Below are positions 29,001-38,556 of a stretch of 64,000 nucleotides of DNA, one piece after another. Location of the stretch: assembly GCA_965644315.1 (NCBI GenBank), contig CBFFRQ010000069.1:1178001-1242000 (forward strand). Direction: 5' to 3'. The number at the start of each line of letters is the position of its first letter. Position 1 is the stretch's first letter. The stretch is from Caecitellus pseudoparvulus. Lineage: Eukaryota > Protista > Bigyra: Bicosoecida. The notes beneath the pieces are model-generated. The model saw only the letters and a list, made by a program, of their open reading frames with translations, was not told the DNA's origin and made no database searches. The translations under genes and the position numbers were made by a program.

Positions 29001-30089
29001 TGCCAGGTATCGAATAGGCCCGGTGTGTGGTTGGAAGACTGCGACTTCCGCACCAGTTTGGAGGGACCAAACACGCACGATGCCGTTGGAGGCGTCCGTG
29101 CCAGCTGCAACGAGTCTGTTGTCAGCGCTGATGGAGATGTCGCTGATGTGTCCGGCGGTGTGCCCACGAAGGGTCATGAGCAAGGAGCCAGTGACTGCAC
29201 TCCACACTTTGACTGTCTTGTCGTCTGAACCTGTCACAAGACACCTCCCGCTGAGGTCATGCGTGATTGAGTACGTTGGCTCCCGGTGCCCCCACACGCT
29301 GGTCATGCAGCGCAGGCGGCGTGAGTAGAGCAGGGTTGGGAGTCCACCGTGGTGCGCTGCTGCTGGCGCTCGTAGGAGGGTGGGTATGGGTGTCAGATCA
29401 GCCACCTCAAAGTCCTCGTCTTCCAAAGCAGGCAAACCTTGTGTCTTTGTGCTGGCAAAGGACAGGAGCTGGGCAAGCCGGGGGCTGATGCTGTTCCTGG
29501 GGCGAGGGACAGCAAGGAGCTCCTGAGCCTCTCTCTGCTGCAGTTCCTCTGGCGTGTAAAGAGCAGCAGGGGGGCCATCCACGTCAGCGTCAGTGGCCAG
29601 GAAGGGGCGCCCATGTTGATACGGCTGGCACCAGAGTGCCGGGTGGATGCGGGCTCCCCAGACCCCCGCTCCTGCACTGTCCGACAACATAGAAGGGCGC
29701 AGCCTCTTCTTGCTGCCCACCGGCTCTTCATGTGCAGCACTAGCCGGCTCCCGGGCTTTGCCGGTTCGAATTCCATCAGCCACGTGAGCATGCCTGCAGT
29801 TCCCCCGACCCCTGCCCAGTGGCGATGCCAGGCCGCTCTGCCGCGCCGTGAAGCGGACACCAATGCGTCTGTGCTTGAGAAGAGCCAAGATGCTCCCAGC
29901 CACACCAGGCTGCACGCTGTGCTGCGTTGTGCGGGCATGTTGGGCGGCTTGCTTGGCCAGGAAGGTCTGCAGCTCCCCTGCGGCGCCTGCTAGCTCTGGG
30001 ATGCTCTGCAGAAAGCTCAGCGCCACCGAGCCTCTGCCAGCTCTCATAGAGTACTCCACTTGCCATGGAGCTTGCGGACTGGGTTCCAT
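23034..30089 (-). CDS. BRWD/PHIP-family WD40-repeat + tandem bromodomain chromatin protein (~2,350 aa)
   Basis: WD40 repeats (GHREPTYSITHDLSGRCLVTGSDDKTVKVWS; LSGHVQEVNILAPSPVDPTALLTAGKDGRLQLW), the family motif VPQLGDELVY, and two bromodomains (PFTNDVDLKFFPDYLTVVPVPMCL..NCAAYNPPGS; FEDPVDVVEVPDYLDVVARPMCL..NALLYNEEDS). The start codon and any 5' introns are uncertain. Confidence 0.85.
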   Translation of the reverse strand: MEPSPQAPWQVEYSMRAGRGSVALSFLQSIPELAGAAGELQTFLAKQAAQHARTTQHSVQPGVAGSILALLKHRRIGVRFTARQSGLASPLGRGRGNCRHAHVADGIRTGKAREPASAAHEEPVGSKKRLRPSMLSDSAGAGVWGARIHPALWCQPYQHGRPFLATDADVDGPPAALYTPEELQQREAQELLAVPRPRNSISPRLAQLLSFASTKTQGLPALEDEDFEVADLTPIPTLLRAPAAAHHGGLPTLLYSRRLRCMTSVWGHREPTYSITHDLSGRCLVTGSDDKTVKVWSAVTGSLLMTLRGHTAGHISDISISADNRLVAAGTDASNGIVRVWSLQTGAEVAVFQPHTGPIRYLAFDPVHPSLLFTISADGRAAVSDVGSRHCDSTGSSQVHQGDAVLSTLDELDGDEAGQGGGGVETPGTELLALAQSRAASAAAARQAGAWQHSLQSAIPAPPGQLSPTPGTPEALFPVSISLLQHEVGGGSVPARGVSSAPAPSSDLPRGTIMAVHPHGGLLATGCDDGCIRFWRVASSAPSEAHSQSRSVFEWAWDAARYVAVPEASVNPFLIACIAAHRGKLHTLAFSPDGRALVSGAAGDPHVQLWTGGKRGHFPASVTLDLGQGEGLTGPQEGSTRGGGPPTLVEAKFNCDSSCLLTSQVWVPPEGWAPTSHGGVPGDELLPEVPSVKVWHVPSGALLATLSGHVQEVNILAPSPVDPTALLTAGKDGRLQLWRIPTRGGTFLPTTKPLATWHLARLLEVPVDLAALHGGAPPALHTATSTSSVQRCEALDASWAPDGMSFAVSDDQARITHFGVGGAHHPPLVGPVAAAQPLRVDPDGCMRHPGRSGRQVRASSGPLTSMLQLAPFQQFLHREREPLQRVRGSHAVLLADTQTPPSAALAMQHVGNRHGEPHATLVAPLLLPLRRGGTTAGTCVWGLALQPQHAARRLNPHLLPPPCSPDMVLQQASDIRTLSSLQQATLPKGEAACLRLLEHAVQRDATGVPLEAVVAAARPQAAKSAALSAHQRIWSCSGCKVLGFAPSVQLRRAAPSTVTATVLPPETAGVPGDAGRLGMEIRRSQLLGVPALLHGTLAAPLRQYRCPGSAGPAALMQGDQCTARRQGQADWEEVQKYAWEPGHVPGGEAEEDIVDAATRAALMAQATALGAAPSASTSRMSRPRRAAAEAASASIESLAEVLGAQQVPAATESPASSVASGRHLFRVVQGLKRWHRHHRRRFSRAPATASTRSQRNPRRQLSNPATHFHRQHSIAPVVAVGVDHATVMADATSGKPRDKELEDAARALRLNYGPYCEWLLRTRPSPSILVPQLGDELVYCPALHAAALGVDYEVSLGLGAAATSQPSRRSKRRREEAASGATTDEQEEQQMAVLPWQLWPAHWGMVGVRVDAVHVRKSFEVGVAEVTLELTLTLTHAPSIRELPSGLASPPASDTWVAPYCFEWDAEPVRDLPLSARQLRVRWGSSGGLAWVGSEADITPDSIPQHMRRSSGPEQDEGVEFLVLQSRASHALRSVPLWLSGLQQAGLLQSSAPRQRPESMDNRLAVVAPYFMSGSWDEQQSLGVHGGPDVVALVGPALPRAGTAAGVALDPAIPPANAPGHLMLLTPRTCVQLPGDLVMTCMHGEPSVVDFNTRELRNELAELWPVSRQSGGAANPAVPTFAVPALLRSKGGCCVSDAWASIEGLLNHVERVLPEESMQWQAGTEAQLAMQAEAERILTEDASPEEQVLGGGEEGLHCMSFEANCSAPQSPAICQLQSLSPIPKAGNFRLLMGTVSSVLVGPTSVAESVQVHAPARETTGVSPPRARKRPRQTEQGGAGVARSPEEAQVLDALQKIVARPAGSVQVHFGPTPEISGAVASEVTSEYLAPWEFHSLWGAPSTGHSVLTADGEARPPASFDAAERYSGLQGQARSISAMDMGWDAVVEGAPGIPLACRLALLRAVLVLSRTDNAAPFTNDVDLKFFPDYLTVVPVPMCLHRIALRLLRNFYRSVAAFVFDAVLIFKNCAAYNPPGSEIVQASHGVAAALVVAAGQNPLQVPGLGRAAVKAVDDFALWPVGQDLSDKVEVEDGDEGWEDGESSDDSGGGLGAAALGPAEAARFQEAMLDILTAVGKEDQEGVFEDPVDVVEVPDYLDVVARPMCLSQVRHALLSGHFGTVQSFAADLMQVFDNALLYNEEDSPLALLAMFCKALATDQLHAAQATFRTPLVEELPPLPDIHELHSTVARVLKLPSAGQGPLASGRRSSAASPLGAVSEEADDVYLEEAAASSGSDGSGSSPASDEDVVVSSQRLRRGRRASRTEASHDLASSSRPARRSSRASRAQVNYADHGV

Positions 30090-31539
<1,450 letters not shown>

Positions 31540-31816
31540 ATGCCCACGGTGGCGCTTGCCTTGGGGCCCTCGTTGGAACAAATGCATTAGGGGGCTGCCT
31601 TTCGTGAACGCTCGAGTCGGAGGTTCAAAACCCACGCGCTACCGCATACTGAGTGTGTCAGCCATCGCCCCAAAAGCGAGTACCTTCGCATGGTTCCTTA
31701 CAAAACGACGCCCCACGCCTCTTCTGCGGGGGTCTCAGGGAGCCCACGCTAGCACCGCAACGTGCGCTGCTGCAAGTGCAGTGCACCAGGCTTCCCTGTG
31801 CCTGCTTTCCCGCACC

Positions 31817-33683
31817 ATGACATGTCAGAAGCATGTGGCGCAGTTCTTCACCCCGCCACGCATGCTAGTCTTGTTCTGCTTCATCAATCTGTGAGTGAAC
31901 ACCCCCTGTGCGGTTTGGGAATCGCTCCAGAGCTGCCTTGGGATGCGACCAATTTCCGCCAACTTCCCTGCCACGCTCACCCACTCCTCCACGCTGCAGG
32001 TTCAACTACCTGGACCGAGGCATTGTGCCAGGTGCCTTTAGCCAGATTGACGATTTCCTTAAGGAGGCCCTGAACACCGACCAGGTCGACGCCTACTTGG
32101 GGTCACTCAGCAGCGCGTTCATCGTGGGGTATGCGGTGACTGGCCTTTTCGCTGCCAACTTGGTGCACCGGTACCCGCCCTTCAAGGTCATGAGCATTGG
32201 ACTGATCATTTGGGTCATTGCAGTGCTCCTCACATCTGTATCTCCTACGTACTGGATGTTGCTGCTTTCACGTGGCCTGTCAGGGGTTGGGGAAGCCTCC
32301 TTCCAATGTGTTGTGCCACCCTTCATTGACGACAACGCCCCAGCGCAAAGCCGCTCTCTCTGGCTGGCGCTGTTCTACATGTGCATTCCTGTTGGCACTG
32401 CTGCTGGCTTTGGCTGGGGAGGCGCGCTTGGGGGTGCTGTGGGCTGGCGCAACGCATTTCGCCTGGAAGCCCCCTTCATTCTGCCGGTGGCCATCCTCGT
32501 ATGGTTCCTGCCGTATCACCGCGGAACGCGGGCTGCCGAGCTGGCAGAGAGCGAGGAAAGGACAGAGGAGGAGGCAGGGCTCATCGCTGACGCAGAGACG
32601 TTGGACGAGGCGCCCGTGGACGGCGTCGTGGCCAGGGCCACCCACAGGCCCTCAGTCTTGGAGGAGTTTTGCATCGTCATGTCCTCCGCCCCTTACGTGT
32701 GCGTGTCGTTCGGCTATGCAGCCTACACGTTCGTGCTGGGTGGCTTGGCCTCCTTCGGCCCGCTGTTCTTCTACTACCTGGGCCTCTTCTCCAACAAGTC
32801 CACCGCCTCCATCGCTTTCGGGGGCCTCATCGCTGGCGCAGGCATGTTGGCGACACCCTTTGGCGGCTGGCTCATGGACCTCCGCCAGAAAGGCGTGCGC
32901 AAGTCCTTGGATGACGCAGCCCTTGCGGCGGACGCACAGGCCGCTGGGGGCATGGTTCGAAGCAGCCCCGACGCCGCGGTGGCAGGCAGGGTCCTCACGC
33001 TCAACTCTGGCGAAGACGACGACGCACACAGCGGCATGGTCGTGGGCGACGCGCGCATGCTTAGCATTGACGCTCCGCGACAGAGCGCTGCCGGGGGCGC
33101 TGCCACCCCCGCGACCCCTTACGACGACACGAGCGTCAAGCAGGAGGTGGATGCCACCTCCACAGTAGTCTTGGATGCCAAGATGATGACGGCGACTCCC
33201 CAGATGGCGCTGTGTGCCACCATTGGCATGGGTGTCGCGCTCATCACGCCCTTCGTCACGGAGAACACCGCGGCGGCATTCTTCACGCTAGCCTTCTCCA
33301 GTTTCTGCCTCTTCACGACAACCGCAGCCACCAACATTGCCGTCATGGCAACTGTGCCCGCCGCCCAGCGCCCCTTTGCCATTGCCCTGGCCACCATCAT
33401 CCAGCATGCTTTCGGGGACGTGCCCTCCCCCACCATCATTGGGGCGGTCGCTGACCGGCTGTCACCGACCCACAAAGTCGATGGCGTGACCACACGCCCA
33501 AAGCAAGGCCTCAGGTACACGCTGCTGTTCACGCTGCTCATGCTTGTGTTTGCTGCGGTGCTGTGGATCGCAGCATGGTTTTTCTCACGCCAGCGTGCCC
33601 TCAAGCACATCTCAAGTGGCGTTTACCGAAAAGAGCGCGAAGCCCGCAAGCGGCTGCTTTCGGACGGCGCTGCCGAGGCGTAG
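31817..33683 (+). CDS. Major facilitator superfamily transporter, Spinster family (~585 aa, 2 exons)
   Basis: Exons 31817-31890 and 32000-33683 splice to give the motif INLFNYLDRG. Other motifs: RGLSGVGEASF..PPFIDDNAP, ALFYMCIPVGTAAG, HAFGDVPSPTIIG. About 12 hydrophobic segments. Confidence 0.9.
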
Positions 33684-33931
33684 CGCAGCGGCAGGCCGCT
33701 GGTCCACAGGCGCCAGTCCGTGTCCGGGCGCTGCGCCGAGGGCCCCCACTGCCGTGGGCCAGCGCGCCATGAGCTAGATAGGTCTGTAAATTCAATACAC
33801 TGTCGTGGCGAGCTGCCCCCCTCCCCCTCCGTGCACTGGGTGTGTGCATGTTCCCCGCTTGACTCGGCAACTGTGCGCCACCTGCATCGCGCTCCTACAG
33901 CGTCGTAGCAAGCGAGAGGAGGCACCACAGC

Positions 33932-35956
33932 ATGTTCCTCGCGCCCAGCACGATCCATGTGGACGATGCACTGCCACCAAACTTGCCTGGAGTTGCTAGG
34001 GCACCTCAAGGACGCCGCCAGCAAGCTCGGTGGGGCAGGCGCGTTTCTGGACTGACCAGTCGCCGCGACTCCTCCACCCTGCCACTCCCTGGAGGCGTCC
34101 ATGCGCAACGCAATGGCACCAAGCAGCAGCCCACCCCCTTCGATGGGTTTACCCTTCTTCGACTGGCTGGGGTGAGCCTTCCAGAGGAAGCCCTCACAGC
34201 AGCGGTTGCGGGGCGTACTTTTGCTGGTTGCGAGGTGGCGGACTTGCCTCACTTCTGTCGCCTGTTTCGCTTGACTATGGAAGACTGCACGGGGTTCCGG
34301 CTGGAGCACGCGGCACACCTCCCAGCTCTTCGATCATTGGCCCTGGTGTCTTGTGAGCTGAGTCGCATCGGCGAGCTGCCCGCCCCGCACTTGTCGGAGC
34401 TTGCAGAGCTGGACCTGGGGTACAACGCCCTGGACTCTGCCGCTGTCTCTCGACTTACTAGCCTTCCAAGCCTCCGAAAGCTGTCCTTGGAGAGCAATGG
34501 GCTGCGGCAGCTTCCTGCTGGTCTCGCGAGGAGTGCGATTGAGGACCTGAACCTCTCGCGCAACAGCCTGGGGGGTGACGATGGGGACTGGGCCATTCTC
34601 TCCCTGTGCCCCAACCTGCGCCGGCTCAACCTCGCACACAACATGTTTTCTGACATCCCAAGAAACCTGCAACTTCCCCAGCGAGCCCTGTCTCGATCGA
34701 GTAGCAGGCACAGCCCCGAGCCGCCCCTGCCCACGCCTTCGGAAGGCGGCATTGCGGGCGAGGCAGACAACACCTTCCTTTGCCTGCAGTGGATTTCCCT
34801 TGCTCACAACCGCCTGCACCAGGACGCTTCCGTGGCAGCGCTCCTCTCCCACGCGCAAGAGCTGCGCCAGGTCATCTTGTACGGCAACCCAATCACTGCC
34901 CCCATGCTGCCCTCAGAGGAGCGGGCTGCTGCAGCAGCTGGGCAGGACATCACAGGCGCCTTTGCGCACAGCGCAGCGACGCAAGGCGGGGGCGCTTCAC
35001 AGTCAACCCGAGTCGTGAACATTGTCACCGACTCCAACGCTGCCGCAGCCGGCGCAGAGGCTGGTGCAGATGCGACCAAGTCCGCTGACATCGGCGTCGG
35101 CATGATGCGGGGGTCCAGACGCGCCATTGCTCGACGGGCAGCTGTCCAGTCTGCAGCCATCGCCGCTGCAGATGCCGTGGACGCTGCCATGCCAGCAGCT
35201 GCCCGTGCCAGCATGCTGCAAGGGACAGCGGCGGTCCCTGTCGGCGTGCAGGCCCTGGATGCAGCTGTCGGCGCGTCGCTGGGCGCTGCGTACACCGCAG
35301 TGCGCCACCGGCGAGGCGGCGCACTGGTCACGGTGAAAGATGACAGCCGGGAAATCCGGGGCACCCGAAAGGCGCTCGGGGGGCTGGCCTTGCAAAGCAG
35401 CCGCTCAGCGGTGCTGGCGGCTGGACAGGCTGTGGTGAAGCCTGCAGCCCACTTCACCCAAGAAACCCGCTCCAGCCTGCAGCGAACCTCTGCTGCGGCG
35501 GCCTCGCGCAAGGGGCCTCCGCAGTTCAAGTATGCGATGGCGACTGCTTCCTCGACAGGCGACGTGCGGGGCGACCGGGACCGATTCCGGGGCACTGCGG
35601 CAGGGGCCAAGGCGTTGGCTGGAGCTGAGGCACTGGCTCGTCTGGCCCCGCCCGCCAACCTCGTGCAGGCGACGCAGGGCCACACTGGTCCGCCCGGTGG
35701 CTCCCCCACGCGGCGGTGGGCGCCGCTCCTGCCTCAGCCAGACGAAAGCAAAGTCACAAAGGCAGACCTCATGGCTGCTGCTGCGAGCTTGGCCCCCGTG
35801 GACGAAGCGCCTGTGCCTGCACGCCTGCACTCCGCCATCGCATCCCTGCGCCACGCGCTGGCTCAGCCCTCCGCCGACACTTCCCTTGTGCACCGCATGG
35901 CAGCAGCGTCAGCTGCCCGCCGAGCTGCCGCAGCGGCCCCAGTCCGCCGCACCTAG
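33932..35956 (+). CDS. XRRA1-like leucine-rich repeat protein (674 aa)
   Basis: FDGFTLL...LPEE is followed by LRRs (LDLGYNAL, LSLESNGL, LNLSRNSL, LNLAHNMF), an insertion, then ISLAHNRL..VILYGNPI. This order matches XRRA1. The tail is low-complexity. Confidence 0.65.
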   Translation: MFLAPSTIHVDDALPPNLPGVARAPQGRRQQARWGRRVSGLTSRRDSSTLPLPGGVHAQRNGTKQQPTPFDGFTLLRLAGVSLPEEALTAAVAGRTFAGCEVADLPHFCRLFRLTMEDCTGFRLEHAAHLPALRSLALVSCELSRIGELPAPHLSELAELDLGYNALDSAAVSRLTSLPSLRKLSLESNGLRQLPAGLARSAIEDLNLSRNSLGGDDGDWAILSLCPNLRRLNLAHNMFSDIPRNLQLPQRALSRSSSRHSPEPPLPTPSEGGIAGEADNTFLCLQWISLAHNRLHQDASVAALLSHAQELRQVILYGNPITAPMLPSEERAAAAAGQDITGAFAHSAATQGGGASQSTRVVNIVTDSNAAAAGAEAGADATKSADIGVGMMRGSRRAIARRAAVQSAAIAAADAVDAAMPAAARASMLQGTAAVPVGVQALDAAVGASLGAAYTAVRHRRGGALVTVKDDSREIRGTRKALGGLALQSSRSAVLAAGQAVVKPAAHFTQETRSSLQRTSAAAASRKGPPQFKYAMATASSTGDVRGDRDRFRGTAAGAKALAGAEALARLAPPANLVQATQGHTGPPGGSPTRRWAPLLPQPDESKVTKADLMAAAASLAPVDEAPVPARLHSAIASLRHALAQPSADTSLVHRMAAASAARRAAAAAPVRRT

Positions 35957-35982
35957 CCCCTTCTCTCGCAAGTGCGCGTGCA

Positions 35983-37308
35983 TTAGAACTCGAGGGCAGC
36001 GTCTCTAGCCTTCCCAGGCGCACACAGGGTGCCCGGCGTGCCGACCGCTCCGCCCGCTGTCTCTGTAGAGGTGCTCGGCATGAGCTCCCCGCCCCCCTCT
36101 TCATCTTCCTCATCTTCTTCCCCCTCGTCTTCTTCTAACACCGTCGCCGACAGCACCTCCCCTCGGCGGTCTCGTGCGGCGTGGGCTCGTCTGGCCTTGG
36201 TCTCGGCAGTGGCATCCCCCGCAGCGGACGACACGAGGCTGCTGGCACCTGCATCTTCAGGGGGCAGATGGAGCTTCGACAGCGTGATCTTGCGCCGGTC
36301 GCGCTTGAACAAGAAGACCACAGTGGAGGCAGCCGTTGGCGGCGTGAGAGTCATGGGGCTGGGCAGGCGGCGCAGGTACACCAAGCCTGTGTAGTCCTTG
36401 AACTCGTCAGGCGTGATGCGGGCTGGGGAGCTGGCCGCGAATGTGGGGTCGGCGAAGGCCATGAGTGACAGCGTGCAGTCTGCGATGTGGCGAGCCTGAG
36501 CCGCAGCTGCTTGGTCCAATACACCGCTGGGCAAGCTGACCATCGCCGCCACGTTGGTCCCCCTGACCTGCTGCTTGAGAGTGAGGAGCCACCTGAGGGT
36601 ATCGCTCTGGGAAGGCATTGCCCAGCCAGGTGCTCCGAGGCCGCACGCTGCGATGCGAGCGGCACTGCCGGCAGGAGTAGCATCCACGAAAGTTGCTGCC
36701 TTGTGGCTTGCCTCTGCTCCGCAGTCCGAAGCAAGGCCTGGGATGAAGAGGGACACATGGCGCTGGACGAGAGCAGGAGGCATGCTCCTAGCAAGGTCCA
36801 GCGACGCATAGTACCGGTCGCTTTGCGCTGGGGTGGCAGTAGCAAGGCCTCCCTGCGTGCGGGATTTGGGCATGGCGAGCAAACCTGCACCAGCGTCATC
36901 GCCACTTGGCAGGTACTTGCGATATTGCCAGGCAATGGCAAGGCCATCCCCAGGCGTCTGTGAAGCCGAAGATGCAGCGGCAGTGGCTTTGAGGTCACCG
37001 AGCGCGGGCAGCGTCTCTTGGAACTTCTCGGCTGGTGTGACGCTGTCTGGGACGCAAGCCAGGCAGCGCTGGCCTTGAGCCACCCCTTGGGCAACGAAGC
37101 AGCGCAGAAAAGTCGCCGCGTGCACGCCGAGCGAGTCCTCCTCGAGAATGGTCAATGTACCGAGAGGGAGGCCGCCTCTGAGCACTTTGTCCAGCGATGG
37201 CACCCCAGTTGAGAGCTGAGGTGGTCCTCCGACCCAGGCCCGAGTGCCGTGTGGGGTGACGGCAGCTTGGGAAGCAGCCGCCCCACGCCGACGGAATGCA
37301 GACGCCAT
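35983..37308 (-). CDS. ELP4: Elongator complex subunit 4 (441 aa)
   Basis: MASAFRRR start, LSTGVPSLDKVLRGGLPLGTLTILEED, LAIAWQYRKY, DEFKDYTGLVYLRRLP and FKRDRRKITLSKLHLPPE are characteristic Elp4 blocks. It ends in LEF. Confidence 0.92.
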   Translation of the reverse strand: MASAFRRRGAAASQAAVTPHGTRAWVGGPPQLSTGVPSLDKVLRGGLPLGTLTILEEDSLGVHAATFLRCFVAQGVAQGQRCLACVPDSVTPAEKFQETLPALGDLKATAAASSASQTPGDGLAIAWQYRKYLPSGDDAGAGLLAMPKSRTQGGLATATPAQSDRYYASLDLARSMPPALVQRHVSLFIPGLASDCGAEASHKAATFVDATPAGSAARIAACGLGAPGWAMPSQSDTLRWLLTLKQQVRGTNVAAMVSLPSGVLDQAAAAQARHIADCTLSLMAFADPTFAASSPARITPDEFKDYTGLVYLRRLPSPMTLTPPTAASTVVFLFKRDRRKITLSKLHLPPEDAGASSLVSSAAGDATAETKARRAHAARDRRGEVLSATVLEEDEGEEDEEDEEGGGELMPSTSTETAGGAVGTPGTLCAPGKARDAALEF

Positions 37309-37496
37309 GGCACGAAGGCTGCTTCCAGCAGCGCCGACCAGGCGGGTTGTCGGGGCAACGAGGCCTCTTCGAGTTTGTGGCAAGTGAGGGGGTGCAGGCG
37401 ACGGCATGTACTGCGGCTCCCCTGGCGTGTCGACTCAGTTGCATTGCGTGCCTAACCCACCTGCACCGTGCCCCATTCACAAAGGAAACACCATGC

Positions 37497-38113
37497 TCAC
37501 CGAAGTCGGCGTGCCTCGCGCTCCCACTCCAACAGGGTCAGGACGTCGCCCTCCTTCACGGGGCCCTTCACGTTGCGGATGATGCTGCGCTCCTTGTCAT
37601 CGATGAACTCAACGCGCACCTGGGTGACGTTGCCAGTGCTTCCGGTGCGGCCCAAAACCCTGCAGAGGCGGCGGGGGCAAGGTGAAGCGCTGCCAAAGGC
37701 CAAGCGGTGGTGTGCGCGGCACCAGCTGCACTGCCGCAGAACACGGCTCGGCATGGGCAGCGCACGGCCTTCTCAGCGCCACCGCGCCCTACATCCCCAA
37801 CCTACTCAACGCAAACATGACACACAACGCCAAGGGCAGCGCCGCATGGGGTCCGCACGGGCGCTCTCCCGTCAAGCGTGACACCTGGCATTGACAGTGC
37901 CGCGGCTGCGGGCGGCGCACGGCGCCTAAACGCTGAGGCGCGTGTACGCACTTGACGACCTTGGCGAGCTTGACAGGGACATCCTGCAAGGTGAACGAGT
38001 GCTCAGGGGTGCGAAGTGCAAGCATTGGGCGCGTGCGGCGGCAAGGCAAGGGCAGAGCGCTGTGGAGGGCGGAGATAGCGCAACTCCCACGGGAAGGGGA
38101 CAGCACGCACCAT
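37497..38113 (-). CDS. RPS28: 40S ribosomal protein S28 (eS28), 65 aa, 3 coding exons
   Basis: Exons 38113-38111 (ATG only), 37983-37952 and 37659-37497 give [65 protein letters not shown]. Both donors are GTGCGT. Confidence 0.97.
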
Positions 38114-38556
38114 ACTGAAAATGTGACGGAGTTTGCAGTGCAACAACGAAGCACGTTAACTCGTGTGCGTATCTGCCGAGGAAGAGTGCTGTTGGTCAAT
38201 GAAAAGTGAGCGGAGGTGGAGCACTCGTTCCTTGGTGGCGTGGCTCGCAGCTGGAGCTGTGGGTTGTCTGGAAACGTGCCGGGGAGGAGGCGGTGGACAC
38301 AACTCAATTCATGCCAGCCACTAAGCTGCACCTGAGGCTGTGTATGCAAGAGCGCTTTTGCGCGCCTTTGCAGGTGATCCATTGGGGGCAGAAACTGTGT
38401 GTTGCTGCCGCAGCGGCAGGAGGAGCGGCGTGCGGAAGTTGACAGGTCACTGCAGGGTGGCACTGGCTACCCACACCTGTCCGCGGAGGCAGCGGGGAAG
38501 GCGTCCAGGTCCTGTACTTTTGGAACCATTGCCATCAGCATCCCCTCCTGCTTGAC
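38114..38556. promoter_or_regulatory. Putative bidirectional promoter (RPS28 / EF-LRR giant)
   Basis: About 440 bp separate divergent ATGs. Minus-strand GCTCACTTTT (~38202-38211) resembles the oomycete-type initiator YCAYTYY. Confidence 0.4.

Noticed and set aside
35983-37308. KaiC/RecA-like ATPase suggested by STGVPSLDKVLRGGLP
   Set aside because: Elp4 has a known inactive RecA-like fold, and Elp4-specific motifs are present.
37660-37951. Possible intronic snoRNA in the longer (292 nt) RPS28 intron
   Set aside because: A CTGA is present but there is no RTGATGA C-box or clear H/ACA structure. An Infernal/Rfam scan would settle it.
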